64,000 bases of DNA from Ophelia neglecta (taxonomy: Eukaryota). The stretch spans positions 84,382,001 to 84,446,000 of the forward strand of contig OZ260663.1 in the NCBI GenBank assembly GCA_965285935.1, given 5' to 3'. A program made the translations under genes and the position numbers. Under the pieces are notes generated by a model, which searched no databases, was not told the origin of the DNA, and saw only the letters and a list, made by a program, of their open reading frames with translations. Position 1 is the stretch's first letter. Each line of letters opens with the position of its first letter. Positions 40,601 to 52,600 of this stretch are shown piece by piece.

Positions 40601-43600
40601 CGATCGGAAAAACAAGATGGCCGCCACGATTCATCGGGTAAGGTTTGTATGTCGGACGAAATCTCTCGAACGGATGAAGGGATTTTTCCGAAACTTCATG
40701 GAAGTCATCAATGGAGCACTGCGGTGTGCTGAAAAGGTTTTGGGCGAGATCGGAAAAACAAGATGGCCGCCGAGGGCAATAATTTAGAAATGCATTATCA
40801 TGAGATCTTTTGGAAGCTTAACGGTGTGAGATCGGTGCATAATATGTATTGAACACTAATAGGAAATCATGTACAAGGAATCCAGTGGTATCTATGAATT
40901 TCACCTTGGGTTTATTTTTCAAGGTCAAATCTTAACAGTGAGAGATAGGCATATTAAATGTTTTAAACACTAATAGGAAATCATACACAAGGAATCCAGT
41001 GCTGTACTTGAATTTCACCTTGGGTTTATTTTTGTTCATATTGTTTTCGGACCAATCGGAAAACAAGATGGCCGCCACGATTCATCAGGTAAGGGTTGTA
41101 TGTCACGCAAAATCTCTTGAACAGATGCAGGGATTATTCCAAAAGTTCATGGAGGTTATCAATGGGACATTGTGGTGTGCTGAAAAGGTTTTGGGCAAGA
41201 TCGGAAAAACAAGATGGCCGCCAAGGGCAATAATTTAGAAATGAATTAACATGGGATCTTTTAGAAACTTAACGGTGTGAGATAGGCGCATAATATGTAT
41301 TGAACACTAATAGGAAATCATATACAAGGAATCTTGAATTTCACCTTGGGTTTATTTTTCAAGGTCAAATCTTAACGGGGAGGGATAGGCATATAAAATG
41401 TTTTAAACACTAATAGGAAATCATAGACAAGGAATCTAGTGTTGTCCTTGAATTTCACCTTGGGTTTATTTTTGTTCATGTTGTTTTTGGACCGCTCGGA
41501 AAAACAAGATGGCCGCTACGATTCATCAGGAAAGGTTTGTATGTCGCGCGAAATCTATCGAACGGATGAAGGGATTCTTCCGAAACTACATGGAAGTCAT
41601 CTATTGGACATTGCGGTGTGCTGAAAAGGTTTTGGGCGAGATCGGAAAAACAAGATGGCCGCCGAGTGCAATAATTTTGAAATGCATTAACATGGAATCT
41701 TTTGGAAGCTTAACGGTGTAAGATAGGCGCATAATATGTATTGAACACTAATGGGAAATCATATACAAGGAATCCAGTGGTGTCGTTGCATTTCACCTTG
41801 GGTTTATTTTTCAAGGTCGAATCTTAAAGCTGAGAGATAGGCATATAAAATGCTTTGAATACTAATAGGAAATCATACACAAGGAATCCAGTGGTGTCCT
41901 TGAATTTCACCTTCAGCTTATTTTTGTTCATATTGTTTTCGGACCAGTCGGAAAAACAAGATGGCCGCCACGATTCATCAAGTAATGTTTGTATGTTGCG
42001 CGAAGTCTCTAAAGTCTTTTCAGCACTACATCTGCTTCTGACCAATTTTTCCCTAAACCTTTCATCCGCTAATAAACATCTTGGCGGAGGCATCCAGGCG
42101 ACGCCGCTAGGCGTCGCTTGACTGTTCAAGTCGACTTCGATCCACATCGACTACTATCTAGTTTAATGAATTAAGTCGTAATTATATCTACAAACCTAAA
42201 ATATATAGAGATGTTTCTGACTAGTCTTTGTGTTACATTTCATGTTGAGTAATTTTGCTTTCAGGATACGTAATGCTGACATGGCCTCGAGTCTGCTGAG
42301 GGCCTACCATAACGGTATGTCAGAGGAGGGCCCCTGGGTCCAGGAGATGACCCACAGAGTCAAGCAGCTGCCCCCAGTGCCACGCTCAGCTGAGCAGGCC
42401 AGGTCCTCAGTCGACGGCCAGTGGAGACTCTACCAGGAGATCAAGGCAAGAAAGTTCCAGATTGAGGAAGTCAACAGGAACGGAGGGAAATTCATCAAAG
42501 AAACAAGGGTAAGTCAGCGACTCGAGCCTGGCCCAGTTTGGTGTGCTTTCTGCTCTGTTCATTTGGTAGCTTGACACAGTCAAAACACCAACGTGAACTA
42601 CTCACAGCATTTGTCCTGCAATAAAAGCTTTGCCTCATTCATTGCCAGTTTCAGCCTAACACCAGCGAGTGGGTGCTGATCAAACTTCACGTCGTCTGTG
42701 ATCAGTTTTCACATTGCATCTCGCTTGCTTGACGCTTGACATGATTTGATTTCAGTGTATACAATCTAATAACTGACTTTCTTCCAGCTTGTAGTCTTCA
42801 TTTTGTTTCATTTGGTAGCATTCAATGTGGAATGTCCTTGTGTTTATAAATGTACATGCTTTCCTGGTTCTCTTTATTTGTATTTATACTGACTCTTCCG
42901 AGGTGATTTACTACTTACTTTTGGTAGATTTTCATTTAGGTCCTTTTGGACCTGTGTGATTACATTTTTTTCCAGTAGCTATAGATTATTGTACATGTAG
43001 TCAGATGAGGCTTATGATATGTAAACTATGTAAGTATTTGCTGTATACTTGTTGTTGGTTTGTTGTGGGGTGTAGTGGATGTCTTGAGTGCAGTTTAGTG
43101 TAGGCTAGTGCAGTTTGCTGTAGATAACAGTGTTTACACAATGTACAGAGCTGTGCAGTGCAATAACTTAATAATTCCCAGACACATGAATGTATCACAC
43201 CTTTCCAATGCTTGCCATTCGGTCTTTGAAATATATAATTGGATAAAATGAGCAATTTGGGTTAGTAGGGGAAAAAGTTCCATTATTAGCTTTGGTTTGG
43301 GGAGTCTCGTGAACTTGATATGTCAAACAGTTTCATCTACAATTTGCAGTAGCTATTATAAGTATGTCATTAGGTAATGTAATTGGGTTGTAAACTTTTC
43401 CTCCATTTCTTATCTTTTCCGCCAGTTTTGGTACATTTAGAGTGCTCAGTGGTAACCATGCTGCATGATGAACACCTGTCTGTATAAACGTATAGCATGC
43501 ACATGTTGGTACAGATTGTGTACGACACTCACTATTATTAGTTTTTTTTCACTATGTGCATTTTGCCTAAAATAAAACCACTGGCTTTCCTTACCTGTGT

Positions 43601-46600
43601 GAATTGTGAATGTGTGTGTTATTTAACAATCTGTGTGTTTAAATAAAATTTAAATTTCATTGAAATAGATATTTGACAATGAGGGAAAAACAAATTCATC
43701 ATTTTATCCTTTATGACAATTAAATAAAAGCACCATTTGCAATTGTAATCATCAAGTCTTGGCAGTGGCATATTCCACATCAACTGTAACTTTTTACAGA
43801 TTAAATGATCCTGTTTCAGTTGCTCTTGAACTCAAAAACATAAGCTAGGTCATCACCTAAAAATTTTCATTATACATTTCAGATCTTTGAGAAACGGATG
43901 TCACAGTTTCTTGACAGTGTGGAGGAGTCCCAACCAAACATTCGACAGCAGCTGTCCAGAGTGACTCCCATGCCATCTGGTGGCGACTCGGTGACCTCCA
44001 ACCTAGACAGACTTAACAGACAATATATGGAGTTGCTAGCGGAAGTCAACTACAAGTTGAAGCAAGTCAAAGATCTGTATGAAAGTGAAGGATTTTACTT
44101 CCCAGTAAGTAAATCACTTTTATTATTAAAATTATGGTTGAATAATTGATTTATTAACCGTTATTATGCTGATTATGCAGCATTGACCATGTGTTGAGAA
44201 TGACTATCAAACTGATTTCTTAATTCTTTATGTTTCCATTTCAGTACAACTTGGATGGGACCATACCACGTATGAGAACATACCGTTCTGAGCTGCGTAT
44301 GCTAGAAGATGAAGACTTCGTCGGGATGGTTCCCACCAGCCAATGGTCAAGGGAAGCTTCTCCAGAGAAAGGCAGGACCTTTTCTTCATCAGTTGCCATG
44401 AGTCCATCTGCCATGGAGAGCACAGAGGAGAATGTGAGCCGTGTGGTACGTGTCACCCGGGCCTCCACACTCCAGCAGAGGGAGGAGGGCATTGAGGAGC
44501 AACATAGCAGGTCTCTGCCACGGGGAGAGCGCTACGCTCCCCAGACAGTTTCTGGTGTGGACCAGCATGCCTTCGCCACCAGGGCTGTGTCCAACATTAC
44601 CTCTATATCTGTTCACAGCCAAGGTCGGGAGCAGATGGTACCCATAGTGCCTATAGCCCCCCACGTGGAGCGTCACGTACAGACTGTGATCAACGTCGAG
44701 TCTGCCTCTCTTGTCCCCAAGGGGCAGGTTCGATACGTATCAGCTTGTGTACACCCTGAGACAGGCAAACAGCTGACCTTGGTGCAGGCCATTGAGGCCG
44801 GACTTCTTGATACCAGATCTGGCACATTCAGAGACCCTAGGACACGAAGAAACATTTCACTCTCAGAAGCTGTTCGCCTGGGCTTCCTCGATAAGGATAT
44901 GCTAAACGAACTTCAACAGAAATGTGGCCTACGCGATCCTCAAACAGGGCGTGAACTCTCCCTTCTAGAGGCAATCCAGAAAGGATATTATGACCCTGTC
45001 AGTGGAAAAGTCAAGGATCCGAGATCTGGAGCCTTACTATCAGTAGAAGAGGCCCTCTCAACTGGTCTCATATCTGCCCACGTCGCATCTAAACTCTCAT
45101 ATATTAGTGTAGCAATCAAGTCCACAAGCCATAACCGTGGATATTACGGCCTTCCAAACATGGAAGGGACAGAATTAGGACTAACCTTAGGTGATGCTCT
45201 TAACAAAGGACTTTATAACCCAAACACTGGCAAATTCATCGAGCCTGTGTCCAGGGAAGAATTGTCCCTGGCGGAAGCCATAGAGAGAAAGCTAATCAAC
45301 CCTAATTCAAGAGAAATTGTACATTCTGTAACTGGCGAAATTTTAACAATCAGTGAAGCCATCAGAAAAGGAATACTGAATTCAGAATCAGGTCAATACC
45401 TCGACCCCAGATCTCGCAAAGCCTTGACGCTGGACAAAGCCAAGGATAAACAGTTAATTGAGGCTCCACTCACATTACACAATGCCCTGAAGGAGGGTAT
45501 CATTGACAGAGAAGGAGAGTTCAAAGACCAGCAAACCGGGAGAAAACTAACATTATTTGAAGCCATTGAGAAAGGTTTGCTAGACACTGACTTCAAATGT
45601 ATCATTGACCCAAGGACTAATGAAGTGCTCTCCCTGCAGGAGGCCATAGCGAGAGGTTTGATCAACAGAGAAGGACTGTTTGTTGACCCTCTCTCAGGCA
45701 GCCAAATGTCTCTTCAGGAGGCGGTCAACCAAGGGTTAACACGGGTGCTCAGCCAGGAAATTACATTTGCAGATAGATTCGTGACAGATACAATCACCGG
45801 AGAGAAGTTAACTCTTAGCGAGTCCATTCAGAGAAGTTATATTGACCCCAACACTGGTTCATATATTGACAAGCGGACCGGCAGAGAGATGAGCATGGAA
45901 GCTGCTGTTAAGCAGGGTCTGGTTGACCCTGACCTGCTGAGGCAGTTCAATGCTGACTCAGGGCTTAGTGACATCATGGGTAACAGCCTCAGTGTAGCCG
46001 AGGCCCTGAAGCGTGGCCTGATAGACCCCAAATCGGGCCATGTTACTGACCCATCGTCTGGAAGAACCATGTCATTAGAAGATGCCATTGTTGCAGGCCT
46101 GCTTGAGTCAGACAGGGCCAAGTTCCTGATGACCCTCACTAGTCCTGTTGTGTCAAGTACAACAATTACCTCTGAGATTCGACCTTCTGCACCAACAGAT
46201 GGCAGACCCAATGCTTTGACTGTTGAAGAGGCTGTCCATCAAGGACTCATCAGCGAGGAAGCTGGTGTTTTCAGAGACCCAATTTCAGGTCAAACCATGT
46301 CCCTAGAACTTGCCATATCAAAGGGATATCTGCTTTTGACCAAAGATAGGTCACCTGCCATTGATGACCAGGATGGGGAGCCTACTGCTAAAGTAGCTCG
46401 TAGTCCTGACGCCACCCGAATTCCCGTGACAAAAGAATCAGAAGTGTCTGTGATATCTAGAAAGAGTCCCTTGAGAGATAGAGACTTGTCCATTGTAACC
46501 CCAGGAAGGAATGAAGAACACCAGGTGGAAGAAGACAGCGATGAGTACACCAAGGACATTGAAGGAGGCCAAGAGAAAGTCAGAGAACTGACCAGAAAGG

Positions 46601-49600
46601 AGTACCATGCCCGACAAACAGACACAGGCTTTGAGAGTGTCGCCATCCACGAAGCCAAACAGATGTCTCTGGCATCCACAAGATCAAGTGTGATGTCCGG
46701 GGAGCTTCCGTTACCTCTGTCATTGGTGGACGCCATTAAACATGGCCTTTTGAATCCTGAAACAGGTCTTGTGAAGGACCCACATTCTGGTGCTGATAGG
46801 ATATCCATCCAAGATGCTTTTGATGTGGGTATTCTTAATCCTAAGACAGCCATGTTCAAAGATCCCAGAACTAAACAGATGTATGGCCTACAGGATGCGA
46901 TTGAGAAGGGATTTTTAGATGCAACTTGTCACTACTTTGATAGAAAAACCAAAACCAAACTGAATCTCGACATTCTGATAAAGCAAGGAATTGTGACCAC
47001 TTCCCAGGTTCCTATACTCCCGGGGAGTGGAAGAATACCAGTGATCTCTGAAACCAGGAAAATTATGGTGAAAACAGTCATTGACCCAAGAACAGGAGAA
47101 GAAATAGACACGGATGAAGCTCGTAGACGTGGCATATTGGATACAGAAAGAGGGGTCTACATGAATTTTAGTACTGGCGAGGAGTTGTCATTACAAGAAG
47201 CCATAGCTCAAGGATTACTAGTGGCTGACTCCAGTCTGAAGGCAGCTGGAGACTTTTTCACCACCAAATCTATCAAAGAGTCAAAGAGCTATACAATCAC
47301 CGGTGCCGTGGACCCAGCCACTGGTAGAAAAGTGGAGGTAGGCTACGCCTTACAGAAAGGCATCATTGACCAAGCTAACGGAGAGTATGTGGGCCTGGAT
47401 GCCCATGGAAAAGAACTGAGACTGCCAATATCTGAGGCCATCAAGAAAAAGCTTGTTGTTGCAGAGTCAACCAGCTCTAAAACGAGTGTTGATTCTGGAC
47501 CCAGATATCTACAAGAGAAAAAGACATTTTCCATCAGTGGTGTTGTTGATCCTATTAAAGGCATTGAAATACCAGTATCAGAAGCCATAAAGAAGGGATA
47601 TCTAGACCAAGCCAAAGGCCAGTATGTGAATCCTATCAGTGGCGATACCATGCTCATCACAGAGGCTGTAAACAAAGGCCTTGTCATAGCCGAAGTGCGA
47701 AGTACTACTGCTGAATCTGACAAACCTCTGGAGAGTAGTATAGCAATGACCAAACAAACAATATACACCCTCAAGTCATTGATTCATCCTGTGACTGGAA
47801 AAGAAATCAGCGTGAATCAGGCAATTGAAGAAGGGATCCTCGACCAGTCGAAGGGAGAATATCGCAACCCACGCACGGGGAAGGTGCTAACCCTCAGTGA
47901 TGCTATTGACCAGGGTTTGGTGAAGGTAGAATTAGGAAGGAAAGTTACCAAAGAGGAGAGAGATGAAAAGGTGCCCAGTTTGGAGATTGATGATGAACTG
48001 GATGCCCTGGAAGAGATGGCCCATGAAGAAGTGTCCGAGGAGAGCAAGACCTTCCAGATTACTGGCGTCACTGATCCCGAGTCAGGGGACATGATACCAT
48101 TTCAAGATGCCATTGATCAGGGTCTCATCAATGAAACAGCAGGAATGTATGTTAACCATGTGACTGGAGAGAGAATTCCCATCCCTGAGGCCTTGAACAA
48201 AGGACTGATAGTTGGTCAGCTTGTTGCACATACAGCTGAACATGAACTGTTCAAGAGTGCACACATATGCAGTAGACTAGATGGAGATATAACTATCATT
48301 TCAGTCCATAATCCAATTACTGGACTTCATGTGCCAGTCTCGCAGGCTATGAGAATTGGATTATTGAGCAGGGATATGCAGACTTACTATAACCCAGAAA
48401 CAGACGAGAGAATCGATTTGGAAGAAGCAGTAAGAAGAGGACTGGTCAAAGTGAAAGAAGACATTGGTGCTAAACAATCAGTCTCAGAACTAGAAGAAGG
48501 AGAACATCCCCCAGAATTTTACAAGAGAAAAGGAAGGAGAAGAGCCATTATTGACTGGACCAATGGTGGAGTCCGAGACAGTGAGACAGGCCACAAGATG
48601 AGAATCGTTGATGCACTGAAACAAGGCCTCATTGACCAGACCACTGCCGATCTACTCAGCAAGAAGGCAGAGACTGTCCCATTCCATGGATTAGTCAATA
48701 AAGACAAAGAAGAAGTTGTGGTGACAAGAACCAAAGGGGGGAAAATGAGACCTGGGGCTGCTGGGTCAGCTGGCCAGGGTGAGACAGTAGAGCCAGATGA
48801 GCCGGAGAAGGTCAGTCTTACCATTGAGACAACTGACCTGATAGGGTTCCCTGTTAAATCTATCACCATTGTTGAAGAACCTATGGATGACAGCGCAGAC
48901 ATGTCAAGAGATGACAGGTCCCTGGCTGAGCCAGGTTTGTTGTCATTTGACAGTGCTGTCAAACTGGGACTTTACAATGTAGTGACTGGTGTATTCAGAG
49001 ATCCTGTCACCGGTTTCACCATGTCCCTTCAAGAAGCCATAGAGCAAGGCCTACTGGACGTCAATGACCCTGCCATCATTGACATTAAAAGTGGAAGATC
49101 ATATTCTCTTGCTATTGCAATGCAAGAAACTCTTGTATATAAGGAAAGTGGGAAAATCAATGAGAGCAAGATTAGAAGCTCAAAAGTTGCCTTGGATCCT
49201 CTTTTCACTGGCCAAGAAGCTAAGATGTCACCTCTGAACTTAGAAGATGCCATTCTGGTTGGATTGTTGGATCCCACCTCAGGTTCATTTATGGACCCAC
49301 AAACTGGCAAGACAATGACTCTGAAAGAAGCTGTTGATAAGCGTCTTTTGTGTGGAGATTCTGTTGTTGTCACCAATCCAAGTGACAGCAAAAAGTACAC
49401 TCTGGAAGAAGCATTCAGGGCAGGCATTATTGACAAAAAGACTGGACATGTCATCAAAGGAAACACTAAGTTAATGTCCCTGGCTGACGCTGTCCGTGCC
49501 AGCCTGGTGGAGAGTGTTTACAAACCAGATACAGGCATGTTCATTGACAAATTCTCTGGAGAAGAGGTGACACTTGTCAAGGCTATAAAGGATAGTTTGG

Positions 49601-52600
49601 TTGACCCAAACACTTCCATAGTTTATGAACCTAGATCAAGAAGAAGAATAACTGTTGCAGAAGCTATTGATAGGGGAATTCTAGATGAAGAAACTCTAGA
49701 ATATTTTGAACCAAGTACAAGACAGAGAATCATTCCTTCAGAGGCAGTGAAGCTTGGCCTCATAGCATTGGTAGGTGCTCCAGTAATTGCTGGAATGGGC
49801 ATCGCTTATGGGATCAGACAGGTGACTGAGACAGTCCTAGAAAGCACAGTAGGCAAGGATAAGAAGATGCTTATGAAAGAGACGATTCAGGAAAGATTTG
49901 GACCAGGAGGTGAGAGGGCCTTGCCTCCTTCCACAACACCAAAGGCCATCAGAGCGCCTAGCCCTGAGAAACGGTCAGCTACCACACCTTCTGACATAGA
50001 TGAATCCGAACCTAAAAGACGAGCAGCGGAGACCAAGACATCAGATACCACCACTGAGGTCACCCCGGTGTCCATAACAGTCGAAGATGGGGCAGTCAAA
50101 GCAACCACCAAACTTACAATGAAATCTGAATCCACTAAAGTCAGGGAAACTATTCATGAAACTGTTCCCCCTCAACCACCACCAAAACCAATTGAAAGAC
50201 CCAAACCAACAAGGCCTTCTCCAGCTACAACTGAATTTCACAGAGGACAGCAAGAAAAGTCAAAGATAGTTGAGGTGAGTGTGGAAGAAGTAGTTGACAG
50301 TGGTTACAGTAGACCTCCACTCAGGGAGGCAGAAATAACATTTGAAAGACCACCACCAGGAGCAGAGATTGAAATAACTATTGAAAAGCCACGGAAAATA
50401 GTAGAGAAGAAAAAGCCCATGGGAAAAATTGTCACCACAAGAACTGAAATCACAGAGGTCCAAAAAACAGTGACGAGATCCGAAGAAGGTGTTGAACACT
50501 GGGAACAAGGTTATATAGTGGACCAAAGGACGGGAGAAAAAATCAGCATCGAAGATGCATTAAAGAGAGAGCTAGTAGCAATCAACTGGGAGAGCGGGAT
50601 CATAACAGACAAGTATAGTGGAGACAGCCTGACTGGAGAGGCAGCATTCAAACGGGGTCTCATCGACTCACACATCCAAAGCCTGATTGATCTGAGAATG
50701 GAAAATGCCAGGAAAGTCAAGGGATTAATGACGCTGAATGAAGCTGTGACTAAAGGTGTCCTTGTAATACCTCTGGGCCGAGTGAAAAACCCTGAAACTG
50801 AAGAAATGATGACCATTGATGAAGCTATTGCTAGCGGCCTTCTCAACCCTGATTATTCAATTCTCATCGACCCTGCCACTGGGAAATCTCTCAAGGTAAC
50901 TGAGGCCATCAGAATGGGAATCCTTGATCCTCATAGTGGAAATGTCACCAATACAGCCACAGGAAAAGTCCTAACTCTTACTGAGGTCTGCCTTGAAGGT
51001 CTTATCCCTGAACATGGTTTGACCAGGCTTGGTTCTATGACACTTCATGATGCTATTGAAGAAGGTCTGGTCAACGTTCAAACTGGGGAGTTTACTGACC
51101 CACACACCGGAAAAGTGATGGACATCGAGAGAGCTATCCAACTTGGGTTCATTGAAACTACAGATAATGAATTATCAGTTTCTGTGACTGAGAGATCTGC
51201 ACAGAGACATGCTCCACGCTATGTGGTGCCCAGAAGGCAGCCAGCTATTCCCCTCGACCATGCTGTAGAAATGGGTCTGGTTGATACCGAAGAAGGTACC
51301 TATAGAATCGCTAGCAGCGGAGAAGTAGTGTCCTTGGCTGAAGCAATTGCCAGAGGCTTAATTTCAGCTCCAGCAAGACGGGAGCCAGGCATGGAAAACT
51401 TAGATGGCATAGACTTTGAAGATGCAATGAACAAGGGGTTGATAGATATTAAAAACAACACCTTCCAAGAACCAATAACTGGGGTGCTCATCCCCCTGGA
51501 CACTGCTATTAAAAAAGGCTATGTCATCATTCCTGAAGGAGGGGTGAAAGTACGAATCACTGAAGAGATGGAAGAATCACTTCATAGCAAAACATCCGGC
51601 TTAGTAGATACTAGCAGGCCTCTGACCTACCACGAGGCAGTCCAGAAAGGACTGGTGGACAAACAGGATGACAGCTTTACTGATCCCAGAACAGGAAAGA
51701 AAATGAGTGTAAAGGATGCTGCCAAACTAGGACTGCTGGCTGTAGTTGGGGCTCCCATTCTTGCAGGGAAAGCTATAATGGATGCTGTCAGAAGCAGAAG
51801 TGGAACTCCTGTAAGAACTACTGATACCAGAAAACCCTTAGCTGTGAGAGGCCCAACTGATGATGTCATTGAATTCACTAAGGTGACAGAGACTAGATCA
51901 CAAGTTGAAGGATCAGATTTAGGCATGCCCGTAGTGCAGGCACTGAATAGTGGTCTTCTTAATCCCCAAAACGGTGCTTTCCTCGATCGTGACTCAGGGA
52001 CTACCATGTCACTTGAGCAAGCATTGCTCCAAAGGTATATTGACCCGAGAACAGCTTCCTTACATGGTAAAAACCTAGTAGAGGCAATGGAGAATGGATG
52101 GATTGAAAGAAATGGTCACGTGAAAGATCCACATTCTGATCGTAAATATACACTCGAAGAGGCTATGAGAAGAGGCGTCATCCAGGAAATCAACGTCAAA
52201 GAAGAAGTGCGGGTGAAGATCACTAAACTTAAAGAGACTATCAAACTCAATGTTTATTCAGTGAGAGACACAGTGTCAAATGAAGAATTAGACTTGACAG
52301 AAGCCGTGGCCAGAAATCTGCTTGACACAGCCGAGGCCATCTATTATGATCACAAAGCAGGCTGTACCATCCCTATTGCTGAAGCCTATGACAAAGATCT
52401 TATCAAAGGGCAGATTATTGATGTGATCCGCTCCAAGGAGGAGATGATCACAGGAGCCAGCAGTGCCGCTGCAGGAGATGCCAGGCTGACCACAGTGATT
52501 GACCCTGAGACCCAGAAGCCTGTAAGTCTGGAGGTTGCTAGGGCTAAGGGAATCCTGGATGAACAGTCTGGACTCTACAGAGACCCCAGAACAGGTGAAA

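Noticed and set aside
40511-42147. Repeated ORFs (MAATIH...[10 protein letters not shown]) as a gene family or transposase
   Set aside because: They come from the ~452-bp tandem unit of a non-autonomous element; frames differ between copies and there are no Rep/helicase motifs.
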